Virus record (IMG/VR): IMGVR_UViG_3300017725_001848
Reading direction: 5' to 3' (one strand)
Source: a virus
Length of the DNA stretch: 64,000 nucleotides
Under the pieces are notes generated by a model. That model had not been told where the DNA came from, did no database searches, and saw only the letters and a list, made by a program, of their open reading frames with translations. Both the position numbers and the translations under genes were made by a program. This document shows, in pieces, positions 46,360 to 56,100 of this stretch. Within the stretch, counting starts at the first letter, position 1. Every line of letters starts with the position of its first letter.

Positions 46360-47493
46360 GAATTTTTAAGCTATAGTTTATCGTGCGATTATTCAACAGT
46401 TAATGAAGGTGGCTCAGTTACAATATCTCTAGCAACAACAGCCGTAGCTGACGGAACTACATTGCCATATACAATCTCTGGAGTTTCTAGTGCAGATATT
46501 GATAATGCTAGTCTTACAGGAAACTTTGTTGTTGGAACAACAGATTCAATAACTTTAAATATTACTGCTGATTCTACTACAGAAGGAACAGAAACTTTAC
46601 AAATATCGTTAGACAATGGTAATTCAAATATTAAGTATGTTACAATAAACGATACATCAACAACACCAGCTACTCAAGACGCTTCTGATTTTAATTGGAG
46701 CGTAGCAACAACGATTGATATTGCTAGTCCGGTTACGTATGGTACTCTTGCCTCAGGTGCAACCGACTATGGAGTTCATAGTTCAAATTATGATGACGGT
46801 GCTTATCAGGCACAATTAGAAGAAGGTGATACTATGACATGGACAGCAACAACCAATGCACCAGACGGAATACAAGTTTACTATACTTGTGTATCAACAT
46901 ATTATGGTTCATACCAATCAGGTAGTGATCCAAACTGGAATGACGTATCAGGTAATCCTTCAACAAGTGGATGGCTAACAGTTTCAAATGGACAAGTTAG
47001 TGCTACTATAACTGCGATAGATGATAGTGTCACAGAAGATGGCGAAATTAGACAAGTTTGGTTGATGAAACAAGCAGGTGATTATAGTAATATACTCGCA
47101 GAATCACAATGGTTCCATATTGCTGATCCATCACAAACCTGGACTGCTCCATCGTCTGGTGAAACATTCACAGGTGGTGAATACTATAGCGATTCAGGTT
47201 CATCACAGACACAATGGTACACAGCGGCTGACAGTTCAACTGGAAACGCACAAATGCGTGTTAGAATGAATGAAGGCAAGGACCATGACTTACGTAGAAA
47301 TATTAACTATGTTCTAGATAACTTATCAACAGGTGATACATTCTATGTTGGTACAACATCAGGAACTTCAATGACAGTAACAGGTAATATTACTAAGACT
47401 CAAATCAGTGGCGATTACTATGATTATTACTTTGATGTAAGTGTAGCACCAGCAAGTACAACATACTTGTACGAATATACAGTAGTAGCATAA
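46048..47493 (+). CDS. Virion structural/fibre-like protein with three N-terminal repeats and Calx-beta/Ig-like domains
   Basis: S/T/D/G/Y-rich; two VNEG/LEEG...ADSTTEG/DDSVTEDG Calx-beta-like units; no enzyme motifs. Confidence 0.6.
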   Translation: MAQKAFMADAGVRLGEWSIVELANGDLQVSNMHTISGSQKMFRVDKGLRMGDWRMTVDGNGDMNLSETAITGSQRPFIADGGVRVGAWTLRPTEDGDLYAEKDAEFLSYSLSCDYSTVNEGGSVTISLATTAVADGTTLPYTISGVSSADIDNASLTGNFVVGTTDSITLNITADSTTEGTETLQISLDNGNSNIKYVTINDTSTTPATQDASDFNWSVATTIDIASPVTYGTLASGATDYGVHSSNYDDGAYQAQLEEGDTMTWTATTNAPDGIQVYYTCVSTYYGSYQSGSDPNWNDVSGNPSTSGWLTVSNGQVSATITAIDDSVTEDGEIRQVWLMKQAGDYSNILAESQWFHIADPSQTWTAPSSGETFTGGEYYSDSGSSQTQWYTAADSSTGNAQMRVRMNEGKDHDLRRNINYVLDNLSTGDTFYVGTTSGTSMTVTGNITKTQISGDYYDYYFDVSVAPASTTYLYEYTVVA

Positions 47494-47518
47494 TAAATAG
47501 TATAAAGGAGCAAGTATT

Positions 47519-48202
47519 ATGAGTGATTTTAAATACGAAAAGTGGGAAGATATTATATCTAACAGATGGACAACATTTAGTTGGACTGATGAATTAGTTC
47601 CTGCTGAAGTTATGGAAGAAGTTGCTAGAGAAGTACACAAATATTGCCCTAGTAAAAATAGAAGAATGCCATACGTTATTGATATAATTAGAGGACCAAC
47701 AGATGAAGAAACTAGAAAAGAATTTCATTTAAATAGTCATAGAAATACAGATAAGTCTATTGAAGAAGATAGAGGTAATCCTCAAATACTTGCACCAACA
47801 TTAATTGTATTCAGTAAACGTAATGTACACAAAGCAGAAACTTTATATCAACAAATAGAACATAGAGTTCCTGAAGGAGTAGCTAATACTGATAACATTG
47901 AACTTGGTATGGTTGCTCTTTCTTTTATTCATGCACTCACTGCTAGAGGATGGCATACTGGTTTATGTCAATGCTTAAGAAGTAGAGGTGAAGCGGCAAG
48001 AATATTAGGAACTCATGGAAAAGCAGATTTAATAATTGGCGTTGGTAGAGAGAGTAGAACAGATTCAGTTACTGGAAAAGAAACTGACTATCCAAGATAT
48101 AAAGATCCTAGAACAGGCTTACACAGAACTATTCCATATCCATATGATTATCGACCTTATGCAGAACCTAAGTTTGAAGATGTATATAAATTAAAACTAT
48201 AA
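47519..48202 (+). CDS. Nitroreductase-fold (FMN) protein
   Basis: IISNRWTTFSW, CPSKNRRMP, ARGWHTGLC, IIGVG. ATAAATA at 47493-47499 upstream. Confidence 0.7.
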   Translation: MSDFKYEKWEDIISNRWTTFSWTDELVPAEVMEEVAREVHKYCPSKNRRMPYVIDIIRGPTDEETRKEFHLNSHRNTDKSIEEDRGNPQILAPTLIVFSKRNVHKAETLYQQIEHRVPEGVANTDNIELGMVALSFIHALTARGWHTGLCQCLRSRGEAARILGTHGKADLIIGVGRESRTDSVTGKETDYPRYKDPRTGLHRTIPYPYDYRPYAEPKFEDVYKLKL

Positions 48203-49027
48203 GTTTTTAATACGTTCAGCCATACATAGTTCAGGATAGATTAAACTATCATTTAAAATGTCAGCTTCAAAACATTGTAGTTTTGTTCCATATACTATTT
48301 GATGTGTAATCCATTGTGCATTAAAAAACCAAATGTCGCCTGGATTAAAAGTAATATAATGTAATGGGTGATGAAATTGATCCCATTTCTTATCATTCCA
48401 TACACAACGATTTCTCATTTCACTTATAAATTTGTGTACATTATTTTTATCTATATCTCTTAAATTAAATTCCCAATAATATTTTTGATACAGTTGTTCT
48501 AAGTCAGGACCAAATGTAAGTACTCTGGGACGTTTTTTATCTAGTTGTACAAACATACGTATCTGTTGCTCGTTACCTGTATGTTGCTCATCTAGTTCAT
48601 CTAAGTGTAGTTTATTTTCAACTAGTGTATTGTATCTATGACTGAGCATACGTTCTGTAGTATTGTATTTTGGAAACATTTTATCAAATAGTTCATTCCA
48701 AGCATTATTTGCCTGCTTATGTTTCTTGTGGAATACGTCAATTTGTTCCTCAGACCAATTACGTTCTTCACGTAATCTATCACGGTTTTTTATATGGCTG
48801 TTATACCAAGGCATAATCCACTTGTTATCCTTAATAGTCCAATCCTCTAGATCATCATAATACTTGTAATCTAGCCCTTCTATGGGTAAATTTTGAATAA
48901 CCACAGGCCAACCGCTCTCAAATGCGGCATATAACTCATCGGTATTGAATATTTTATCTTTATTATAATCAAATATGTTGACTATGAAGTCATCCTTTGC
49001 TATAATATCTTTAGCGATTCTTGTCAT
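48197..49027 (-). CDS. Kdo-hydroxylase-family Fe(II) oxygenase; the only credible minus-strand gene
   Basis: MFPKY, LHLDE, IRMFVQLD..RPRV..G, FNPGDIW.F..Q...HQ..G follow the KdoO-family pattern; GGAG RBS on the minus strand. Confidence 0.6.
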   Translation of the reverse strand: MTRIAKDIIAKDDFIVNIFDYNKDKIFNTDELYAAFESGWPVVIQNLPIEGLDYKYYDDLEDWTIKDNKWIMPWYNSHIKNRDRLREERNWSEEQIDVFHKKHKQANNAWNELFDKMFPKYNTTERMLSHRYNTLVENKLHLDELDEQHTGNEQQIRMFVQLDKKRPRVLTFGPDLEQLYQKYYWEFNLRDIDKNNVHKFISEMRNRCVWNDKKWDQFHHPLHYITFNPGDIWFFNAQWITHQIVYGTKLQCFEADILNDSLIYPELCMAERIKNL

Positions 49028-49059
49028 GATTTTTGCTCCATTGCATATATTATATACGG

Positions 49060-49073
49060 ATAAATATATTTAT
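49060..49073. promoter_or_regulatory. Palindromic back-to-back late-type motifs ATAAATATATTTAT
   Basis: Perfect 14-bp palindrome with ATAAATA on both strands, at the only divergent gene junction. Confidence 0.6.
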
Positions 49074-49128
49074 GCAACAGAAATCTACCAACAAGCATAA
49101 TTAAGTAGAAAACTACCAAAGGAACATA

Positions 49129-50193
49129 ATGAAATCAGTTAATGTATGGAGCGAGTTTCAACCGCTCAAACGGGTTATATTAGGTGCTCCGTTTCCTCCA
49201 GAAACATTTGAATGGCATAAGGACGAAGAGACCAGAACTGTCATGGAACAAATATTCAGAGAAACTGCCGAAGATTTAACCATACTAGAAAATATATTAA
49301 AAAGCAAAGGTGTTGAGGTCGTAAGGCCAAAAGACATATTTACAATCACCGGTGGCGAGCAAATTCAGCTACCTTGGATGCATTGTAGATTTCCTAATCA
49401 TCCATTAATGCCACGTGATACATTAATGCCTTACGGTAATACAATATTTGAAATTTATACAGGTAGTGATAATAGATATTTTGAGAATCTAGCATACTAC
49501 GACCATTGTAGTAAATGGTTTCGTGAAGGTGCTGATTGGGTTAGTATGCCAGGAGCAATGATTGAGAGTGGTAAAAAATACGACTACTTTGTAGAGAATC
49601 ATCGCTTACTTTATCATGCGGCTAACATGATAAAGTGTGGGGACCGCGTGTTGTTTAGCCAACCCTATGAGGGAGACAATAAGCGAGGTAAAGGTACGGA
49701 ACTGGGCCGTGAGTGGATTCAACGTGAAATAAAGTTGCGATATCCTAAGACACAATTTTTGGACATACCAGTCGGAGGACATATCGATGGCAAAATTGCA
49801 TTGCTGAAACCTGGTGTACTAATGACCTGGAATAAAAACTGGGTACCAGAAGAAATGAAGAACTGGACTATCATTGAAGTAGCAGATGATTTTGATATGC
49901 CAGAAGATTTTCAAAATACTCGTAAGCAAAGATTTCATACAGAGTATGTAAGCAAATGGCTAGAGCATTGGGTAGGCTGTCCAGACGAAAGTGTATTTGA
50001 TGTTAACGTATTATCGTTAGATGAGAACACAGTAATCTGCACAGGCAAGAACGAAGCCGCCTTTGCTGAAATGGAAGCACATGGTATTGAACCAATTTAC
50101 TGGAATTTTAGACATCAGTATTTTTGGGATGGTGGCATACATTGCTTAACGAGTGATATAGTTAGAGAAGGAGATTGTGAGAGTTATGTATAA
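49129..50193 (+). CDS. Amidinotransferase (second paralog)
   Basis: VNVWSEFQPL, MPRDT, GGHIDG, FWDGGIHCLT. Confidence 0.8.
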   Translation: MKSVNVWSEFQPLKRVILGAPFPPETFEWHKDEETRTVMEQIFRETAEDLTILENILKSKGVEVVRPKDIFTITGGEQIQLPWMHCRFPNHPLMPRDTLMPYGNTIFEIYTGSDNRYFENLAYYDHCSKWFREGADWVSMPGAMIESGKKYDYFVENHRLLYHAANMIKCGDRVLFSQPYEGDNKRGKGTELGREWIQREIKLRYPKTQFLDIPVGGHIDGKIALLKPGVLMTWNKNWVPEEMKNWTIIEVADDFDMPEDFQNTRKQRFHTEYVSKWLEHWVGCPDESVFDVNVLSLDENTVICTGKNEAAFAEMEAHGIEPIYWNFRHQYFWDGGIHCLTSDIVREGDCESYV

Positions 50194-50530
50194 TCATTTA
50201 AAAAATTACATTGGAATATATCTATTAGCAATAGTGTGTTTCCTAATATATGCATCTGAACCAACAGATGAAATACCAGTTTGGATATGGTATCTTTTCA
50301 TTCCAGTAGTTTTATGGAAAACGCCACCATTTAATATTGGTGATTGGTTTTGGGGTAAAGTAGCAAGTTTTTGGATGTGGATATTGAAACCATTTACAAG
50401 ATGGCAAAACACTTGGCCTACATGGGTAAAGTATGTGTTTGGTATCGTACTTATTATATTGTTTGAAGAATATATTTTAAAGCCAGCAGGATACACAATG
50501 TATCCTTGGAGAATGGACTTTAGCGGATAA
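50177..50530 (+). CDS. Trp-rich membrane protein
   Basis: About three hydrophobic segments; coupled to its neighbours. Confidence 0.6.
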   Translation: MRVMYNHLKNYIGIYLLAIVCFLIYASEPTDEIPVWIWYLFIPVVLWKTPPFNIGDWFWGKVASFWMWILKPFTRWQNTWPTWVKYVFGIVLIILFEEYILKPAGYTMYPWRMDFSG

Positions 50531-50533
50531 CAT

Positions 50534-51583
50534 ATGGGAATGAAATGGCAATCAAAGGTACACAAATTTCAGTTTGATGTAACCAGTCATTGTAATGCAA
50601 GATGTGGTGCTTGTGTTAGAAACAAAGATGGTGGAGATACTGAACCAGAATTAGCATTGAATCATTTTGATATAGATTTATGGAAAAGAATATGTACTAA
50701 AGATACTAAAGGTTGGTACATTGGTCAGTTAGCATTAAATGGTAATTGGGGCGATCCTATGATGCATCCAAATTTAGTTGAGATGGTAAGAATATGGATT
50801 GAGAATCACCCAGAAACATTTATAACTATCCATACAAATGGTAGTATGAGAGGTGAAAAGTTTTGGTTTGATTTAGCTAAACAATTAAGAAAGTATCCTG
50901 CTCATCAGGTTAATTTTGCAGTAGATGGATTAGAAGATACACATCACATATATAGAAGAAGAACAGATTTTAAAAAAATTATACAAAATATAAAAAGTTT
51001 TAATGAAGCTGGTGGTAGTGGAAGAATAATAATGACATTGTTTGAACATAACCAGCATCAAGTTGAAGAACTAAAGAATTTGGCAGAAACTTTAAAGTGC
51101 AGACAATTTGTAACAAGAAGCAGTCACCAAGGAGGTGACATAAGAATAAATGATAAAGATGAAAAATACGTAATAAAAAAATCTAATATGAAAGAGCAAG
51201 AATGGTGGTTTGAACAAAATGACGAGTTTACAATAAGCGACCAACCTGATTCAGATTATTGGATGCATATAACAGAAGTATTAAAAGACTCAAAATTTAT
51301 GAATGAAACAAAATGTCCTTGGTACAATGAAGGAGAGATACAAATTGATCCTTTTGGAACTGTATGGCCTTGTTGCCATGTAAGTTTATATGGAGTAAAT
51401 TTATCCAAACAATCTCTTAAAACAAATTGCGATGAAACTATTATTGAAAGAAGAACTGAAAATAGCTTATTCAAATATAGTTTACAAGAAATATTAAGTA
51501 ACGATTGGTACAACCATCACCTTGATACTGTAGTCAAAGAAGCCAAATGGGAAGTATGTAAACGATCGTGTGGAGTATGCTAA
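50534..51583 (+). CDS. Radical SAM protein with C-terminal SPASM/twitch domain (paralog of 2906-4000)
   Basis: CNARCGAC, GNWGDP, FAVDG; KCPW..PCC..CKRSC. Confidence 0.9.
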   Translation: MGMKWQSKVHKFQFDVTSHCNARCGACVRNKDGGDTEPELALNHFDIDLWKRICTKDTKGWYIGQLALNGNWGDPMMHPNLVEMVRIWIENHPETFITIHTNGSMRGEKFWFDLAKQLRKYPAHQVNFAVDGLEDTHHIYRRRTDFKKIIQNIKSFNEAGGSGRIIMTLFEHNQHQVEELKNLAETLKCRQFVTRSSHQGGDIRINDKDEKYVIKKSNMKEQEWWFEQNDEFTISDQPDSDYWMHITEVLKDSKFMNETKCPWYNEGEIQIDPFGTVWPCCHVSLYGVNLSKQSLKTNCDETIIERRTENSLFKYSLQEILSNDWYNHHLDTVVKEAKWEVCKRSCGVC

Positions 51584-52838
51584 TAATATGTATGTAAATC
51601 CAATGTTAAAAGATACTAGGTTTCCTACGTGCCTTGCACCATGGAACGCCTTAACGATTAAGTGGGGAGGTAATGTATTACCAGACATTATCTATCAAGG
51701 AAAATTTGGCAATATTACAAAGCAGACATTACCAGAAATATTAAACAGTAAAGAAGCAGTAGAATTAAGAAAAGCTCATGCAGGTAGAAATATACCGCCA
51801 GCTTGTATAGCTTGTCAAAAGAAAGAACAAAGTGGTAAGAGTCGTAGAATGTATTTTTGGGATAAACTTGATGAAGATGTAAAACGTGGATCAATTAAAA
51901 ATAATGCTACTAGTAAACCTGATATACGTTATTTAGACTTTACAATAAGCAATAAATGTAACCTAGCTTGTTTACATTGTAATCCATTTGTAAGTACAGG
52001 TTGGACCAAAGATGGAAAAAAGCTAAACAAAGAAAAGCCAGATTATTGGGAACAAGCAAAGATAGGATATCATGGAGTAACTGATATGCAGTTTCTTGAT
52101 AACTTGTTTGCAGACCCAGACTACTTTAGAAATTTACAATGGGTAGCATTAAGAGGTGGCGAACCTTTGTATGATGAAAGTTGTAAAGCAATATTACAAT
52201 GGTTTATTGATCAAGGACTAGCAAAGAATATTATGCTAGATATATCAACTAATGCTACAGTATTTGACGAAGACTTTCAAGAGATATTTAAACACTTTAA
52301 GCATATAGAATTGCTTATTAGTATAGAAGCAGTAGATGAATTATATAGTATTATACGTGGTGGAAAATACACGTTTAAAGAATTAGAAAATAATATAGAG
52401 AAATTTTATACATATGATAATATTGAAGTTGTATTTGCAGTAACCGTAATGTCAACTAATATATTTGGGTTAGATAAAGTATGGAAATGGTTTAAAGAAA
52501 AACACGAACATAGAGCAAGTATTAGTATGAGTAATGTTGTAGTTAATCCTAGTTACTTAAACATAGCATACTTGCCAGAAGAATTAAAATATATCATGTA
52601 TGATAAACTTCTACAAATACCAGATAGAAGTATCTGGCCTAAAGGAAGCTATCATGCACAAGAAATACACTACCAAACAGGCATTCATGCAATAAGAGAT
52701 GGATTACAGTTGGAAGGTGTAGATGAAAAAGATCAAGAGAAATATTGGCAATGGTTTATGAGATACACAAAAGACCTTGATCGTTTAAGAGGTACAGATA
52801 CCTTTAAATTTATTAAGGAGTTAAAATATTATGAGTAA
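51570..52838 (+). CDS. Radical SAM protein with degenerate N-terminal twitch-like domain
   Basis: TCLAPW, VLPD in place of the PCC pair, CIAC; CNLACLHC; LRGGEP. Confidence 0.88.
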   Translation: MEYANNMYVNPMLKDTRFPTCLAPWNALTIKWGGNVLPDIIYQGKFGNITKQTLPEILNSKEAVELRKAHAGRNIPPACIACQKKEQSGKSRRMYFWDKLDEDVKRGSIKNNATSKPDIRYLDFTISNKCNLACLHCNPFVSTGWTKDGKKLNKEKPDYWEQAKIGYHGVTDMQFLDNLFADPDYFRNLQWVALRGGEPLYDESCKAILQWFIDQGLAKNIMLDISTNATVFDEDFQEIFKHFKHIELLISIEAVDELYSIIRGGKYTFKELENNIEKFYTYDNIEVVFAVTVMSTNIFGLDKVWKWFKEKHEHRASISMSNVVVNPSYLNIAYLPEELKYIMYDKLLQIPDRSIWPKGSYHAQEIHYQTGIHAIRDGLQLEGVDEKDQEKYWQWFMRYTKDLDRLRGTDTFKFIKELKYYE

Positions 52839-53736
52839 TCCCAATTTTAGTAAAACAGGAAATAGTATATGGCATCAACCATATATGGATTTTCTAGTAA
52901 AAGAATACTTTCCCAATATTGATCCTAGTACAATAACAGATGAAGGAAATATATTGTTAGAGAATTATCCTAAATGGATAGCTAGTAGTAAGTTGAATAG
53001 TTTTACAGGTGTAGAAACATTTAAAAATAGATATGTTACAGATGGTACAATACAATCATTAGCCTGGTGGCATCATTGGACACAGGTGAATGGATATAAC
53101 TTAAAAATGTTTCGTGGAGAGTTTCCATACAATAGAGATGCACAAATTAATCACCCAATGGAGTGGCATGATAGTATTGATGATACTGGAATACAATCTG
53201 GTGATGCAATATTAATAAGTGTGCCATTTAGTGGAACAGGTAGAGTACCTGAACAATACTATGACGTAATAAAACAATGCAATGAAAAAGATGTTCCTGT
53301 ATTAATTGATTGTGCTTGGTTTGGTACTTGTTACGATATTGAAATTAATTTTGTTGAGCCTTGTATTAAAATGGTAGTGTTTAGTACTACCAAAGGATTA
53401 AGTTGTGGTAATTGGAGAACAGGTATAGCTTTCTCAAATATTGACGAAGGAACTGTTCCTGTACAGAATGAATGGAATCATTTAAATCATTTGAACATTG
53501 CTATTGGAAATAGATTAATGAACGAGTTTAGTCCTGATACCCATCCAAACAATTATATGAGCAGTCAGTTAGCAGTATGTGAACACTATGGATTTGAAGC
53601 TACAAACACAGTTCATATTGGACTAGCACCTAAAGGTCCAAAGTGGGACGAGTATCATAGAGATGGATTGTACAACAGAGTTAACATTGGTAAAGAAGTA
53701 AGACAACATAAGAAGAAAGGAAAATTTACTGAGTAA
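52831..53736 (+). CDS. PLP-dependent fold-type I enzyme (aminotransferase-like)
   Basis: LIDCAW (Asp binding the pyridine N), FSTTKG..WRTG (Schiff-base Lys and phosphate Arg). Confidence 0.7.
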   Translation: MSNPNFSKTGNSIWHQPYMDFLVKEYFPNIDPSTITDEGNILLENYPKWIASSKLNSFTGVETFKNRYVTDGTIQSLAWWHHWTQVNGYNLKMFRGEFPYNRDAQINHPMEWHDSIDDTGIQSGDAILISVPFSGTGRVPEQYYDVIKQCNEKDVPVLIDCAWFGTCYDIEINFVEPCIKMVVFSTTKGLSCGNWRTGIAFSNIDEGTVPVQNEWNHLNHLNIAIGNRLMNEFSPDTHPNNYMSSQLAVCEHYGFEATNTVHIGLAPKGPKWDEYHRDGLYNRVNIGKEVRQHKKKGKFTE

Positions 53737-54875
53737 TGGCTAGACTTCCAGAATATGCTTGTGCTTATCCATTTAAGGGTAAGATGCTTATGCATGGTGT
53801 ACCAAATACACCATGTTGTAGATTTCACAATAGATTTCTGGGACCAAATGATCATAATGATTTTGAAGATATTAGAAAACTAATGATGCAAAACAAATGG
53901 CATCCTGGTTGTTACAAATGTAAAATAGACGAAGCTAATAATGGATCAAGTATGAGAACAGAAGCAGATCAATTCTTTAATGACTTTGACGATACTGTAA
54001 GACTTGAGTATCTAGAAATAACTGTAGGTAGATTGTGTAATCTAGCCTGTCTAAGTTGTGGTAGTGAATATAGTCATAATTGGGATAAAGATGAACTAGC
54101 ATTAGGTATCAGTAGTCAAGAAAAGATTACTAAATTAAAAGAAGTACAAGAATATGATTTAGATAATATCAACATTGATGATCTAAAACACGTGAAGTAT
54201 ATTAAAGTAACAGGTGGTGAACCATTTTTACATAAACAATTTTTAAACCTAATTGTAAGATTAGCTGATCATGGAATAGCAGAACAAATACATTTAGAAA
54301 TATTTACAAACTGTACATGGTTTCCAGCAAAATTAGAGCATGACGCATTATTAAAGTTTAAACAAATAGATTTAAGTCCTAGTATTGACGGAGTAGGAAC
54401 TACAAATGAGCTTCTACGTTACCCTAGTAAGTGGGATAAGATAGAAGCAACACTTGACAAGTGGATAGAGTTTAAAGACGCTACAGGACGCTTAAAAATA
54501 GCTACAGCCACCACTTTAAGTGTAATTAATGCTCCACAGTTACACGAATTTATACATTGGGCTAGAGTGCATAAAGGTATTGATGTTATGTTACAAATTG
54601 TAGAAGAACCTCATTATATGAGTATTAGGCATTGGCCTGAATGGTATAAAAAGACACTTGATTTTATGATAGAGTCACAGTACGGTGGCTTTAATAAAAA
54701 TGCAGGTAAGTTTAAAAGTTCTTATAAAATGATTAAAAGACTTATTAATACAGAATCAAACATTGATAATAGTGAGAAGTATATAGCAGAGCTAAACAAA
54801 GTTTTAAAACACAGAGGACAAGATATAAGTATGGCACCAAAGTTTGCCAGTATATTAAAGTATAATGATAGATAA
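53736..54875 (+). CDS. Radical SAM protein with N-terminal twitch-like domain
   Basis: ACAYPF..PCC..CYKC; CNLACLSC; VTGGEP; PSIDG. Confidence 0.9.
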   Translation: MARLPEYACAYPFKGKMLMHGVPNTPCCRFHNRFLGPNDHNDFEDIRKLMMQNKWHPGCYKCKIDEANNGSSMRTEADQFFNDFDDTVRLEYLEITVGRLCNLACLSCGSEYSHNWDKDELALGISSQEKITKLKEVQEYDLDNINIDDLKHVKYIKVTGGEPFLHKQFLNLIVRLADHGIAEQIHLEIFTNCTWFPAKLEHDALLKFKQIDLSPSIDGVGTTNELLRYPSKWDKIEATLDKWIEFKDATGRLKIATATTLSVINAPQLHEFIHWARVHKGIDVMLQIVEEPHYMSIRHWPEWYKKTLDFMIESQYGGFNKNAGKFKSSYKMIKRLINTESNIDNSEKYIAELNKVLKHRGQDISMAPKFASILKYNDR

Positions 54876-56100
54876 AGAGAAATTAAAGAAAAGTAAAACT
54901 TTTTGTATGTTACCATTTATGCACGTCTATGGAAGTGCAGGTGGAGACCTTGTACCTTGTTGTGAAGCACAAGAAATACCTTTAAATGAAAAAGGAGAAA
55001 GTGCAATACAGTCTTGGAATAATAAAAACTATAAAGAACTTAGAAGGGCGTTAGCTAATGGTGAAAGACCTAAACGTTGTGATGTATGTTGGCACAATGA
55101 AGATTCTGGAATTATAAGCAATAGGCTACAATGGGAAAAAGATAATTGGAAAACTTTTTCTGATATAATAGATGTTAATGATGATTATACTGTAAACAAT
55201 AAACCTTATTGGGTGGAATTAAAAGTAAGTAATTTTTGTAATTTAAAATGTATTATGTGCAGTACTCATAGTAGTTATAAACGTGTTGCTGATTTAGATA
55301 TTATTAAAAAGTATACTACAGATGGATATGAAACTAGACTATTGAGACCAACTACACTATTTGAAAGCCTTGGTAAATGGCCTAGTATATGGGATACAGT
55401 TCATACTTTACAATTTACTGGTGGTGAGCCAATAATAAACAAAGAGCATTATGATTTATTAGATAGTATACCAGACGAAGTAAAGAGAAGAATTAAGTTA
55501 CGTTATGCTAGTAATTTAAGTTATATCAAATTTAAAAAATACGATTTAATTGAAATTTGGAATAAGTTTAAAAGTGTTAATATAAAAGTAAGTATGGACG
55601 GTATAGGAGATGTATACAATTATATAAGAAGAGATGGTGATTGGGATACAGTATATGCAAATATGATGATATTGGATTCAGAACCAACAATAGATCTTGC
55701 CGCTGGTATAACAGTACAGGCACACAATATTTTTCATATGCCAGAGTTCTTTAAGTTTTGGAAAGATAGTCCGATTGACTTAAAGTTTATTACGGCAAAC
55801 ATTTTGCAAACACCAAAATACTTGAGACCTAATTTATGGCCAGCTGAATATAGAGAATTAATTTTAAATAAATTAGAAGAAGCTAAAAAAGAATTTCCAG
55901 AAATGAATAAGTTTATAACTTATTTAAAAAACAATGAACCAACTATAAGAGATTATGCAAAGATGAGGAAGTATACCAGAGATATAGAGAATCGTTATTT
56001 GCTTAATGTAGATTTAAAGAAAATGATAAAACAACATCTTGGAGTTAAACTTGAAGGTATGGATATAGTTAATGAAAGGTTAGTAAATGAAAAAGGGTGA
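54865..56100 (+). CDS. Radical SAM protein with N-terminal twitch-like domain
   Basis: FCMLPF..PCC..CDVC; CNLKCIMC; FTGGEP; VSMDG. Confidence 0.92.
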   Translation: MIDKEKLKKSKTFCMLPFMHVYGSAGGDLVPCCEAQEIPLNEKGESAIQSWNNKNYKELRRALANGERPKRCDVCWHNEDSGIISNRLQWEKDNWKTFSDIIDVNDDYTVNNKPYWVELKVSNFCNLKCIMCSTHSSYKRVADLDIIKKYTTDGYETRLLRPTTLFESLGKWPSIWDTVHTLQFTGGEPIINKEHYDLLDSIPDEVKRRIKLRYASNLSYIKFKKYDLIEIWNKFKSVNIKVSMDGIGDVYNYIRRDGDWDTVYANMMILDSEPTIDLAAGITVQAHNIFHMPEFFKFWKDSPIDLKFITANILQTPKYLRPNLWPAEYRELILNKLEEAKKEFPEMNKFITYLKNNEPTIRDYAKMRKYTRDIENRYLLNVDLKKMIKQHLGVKLEGMDIVNERLVNEKG

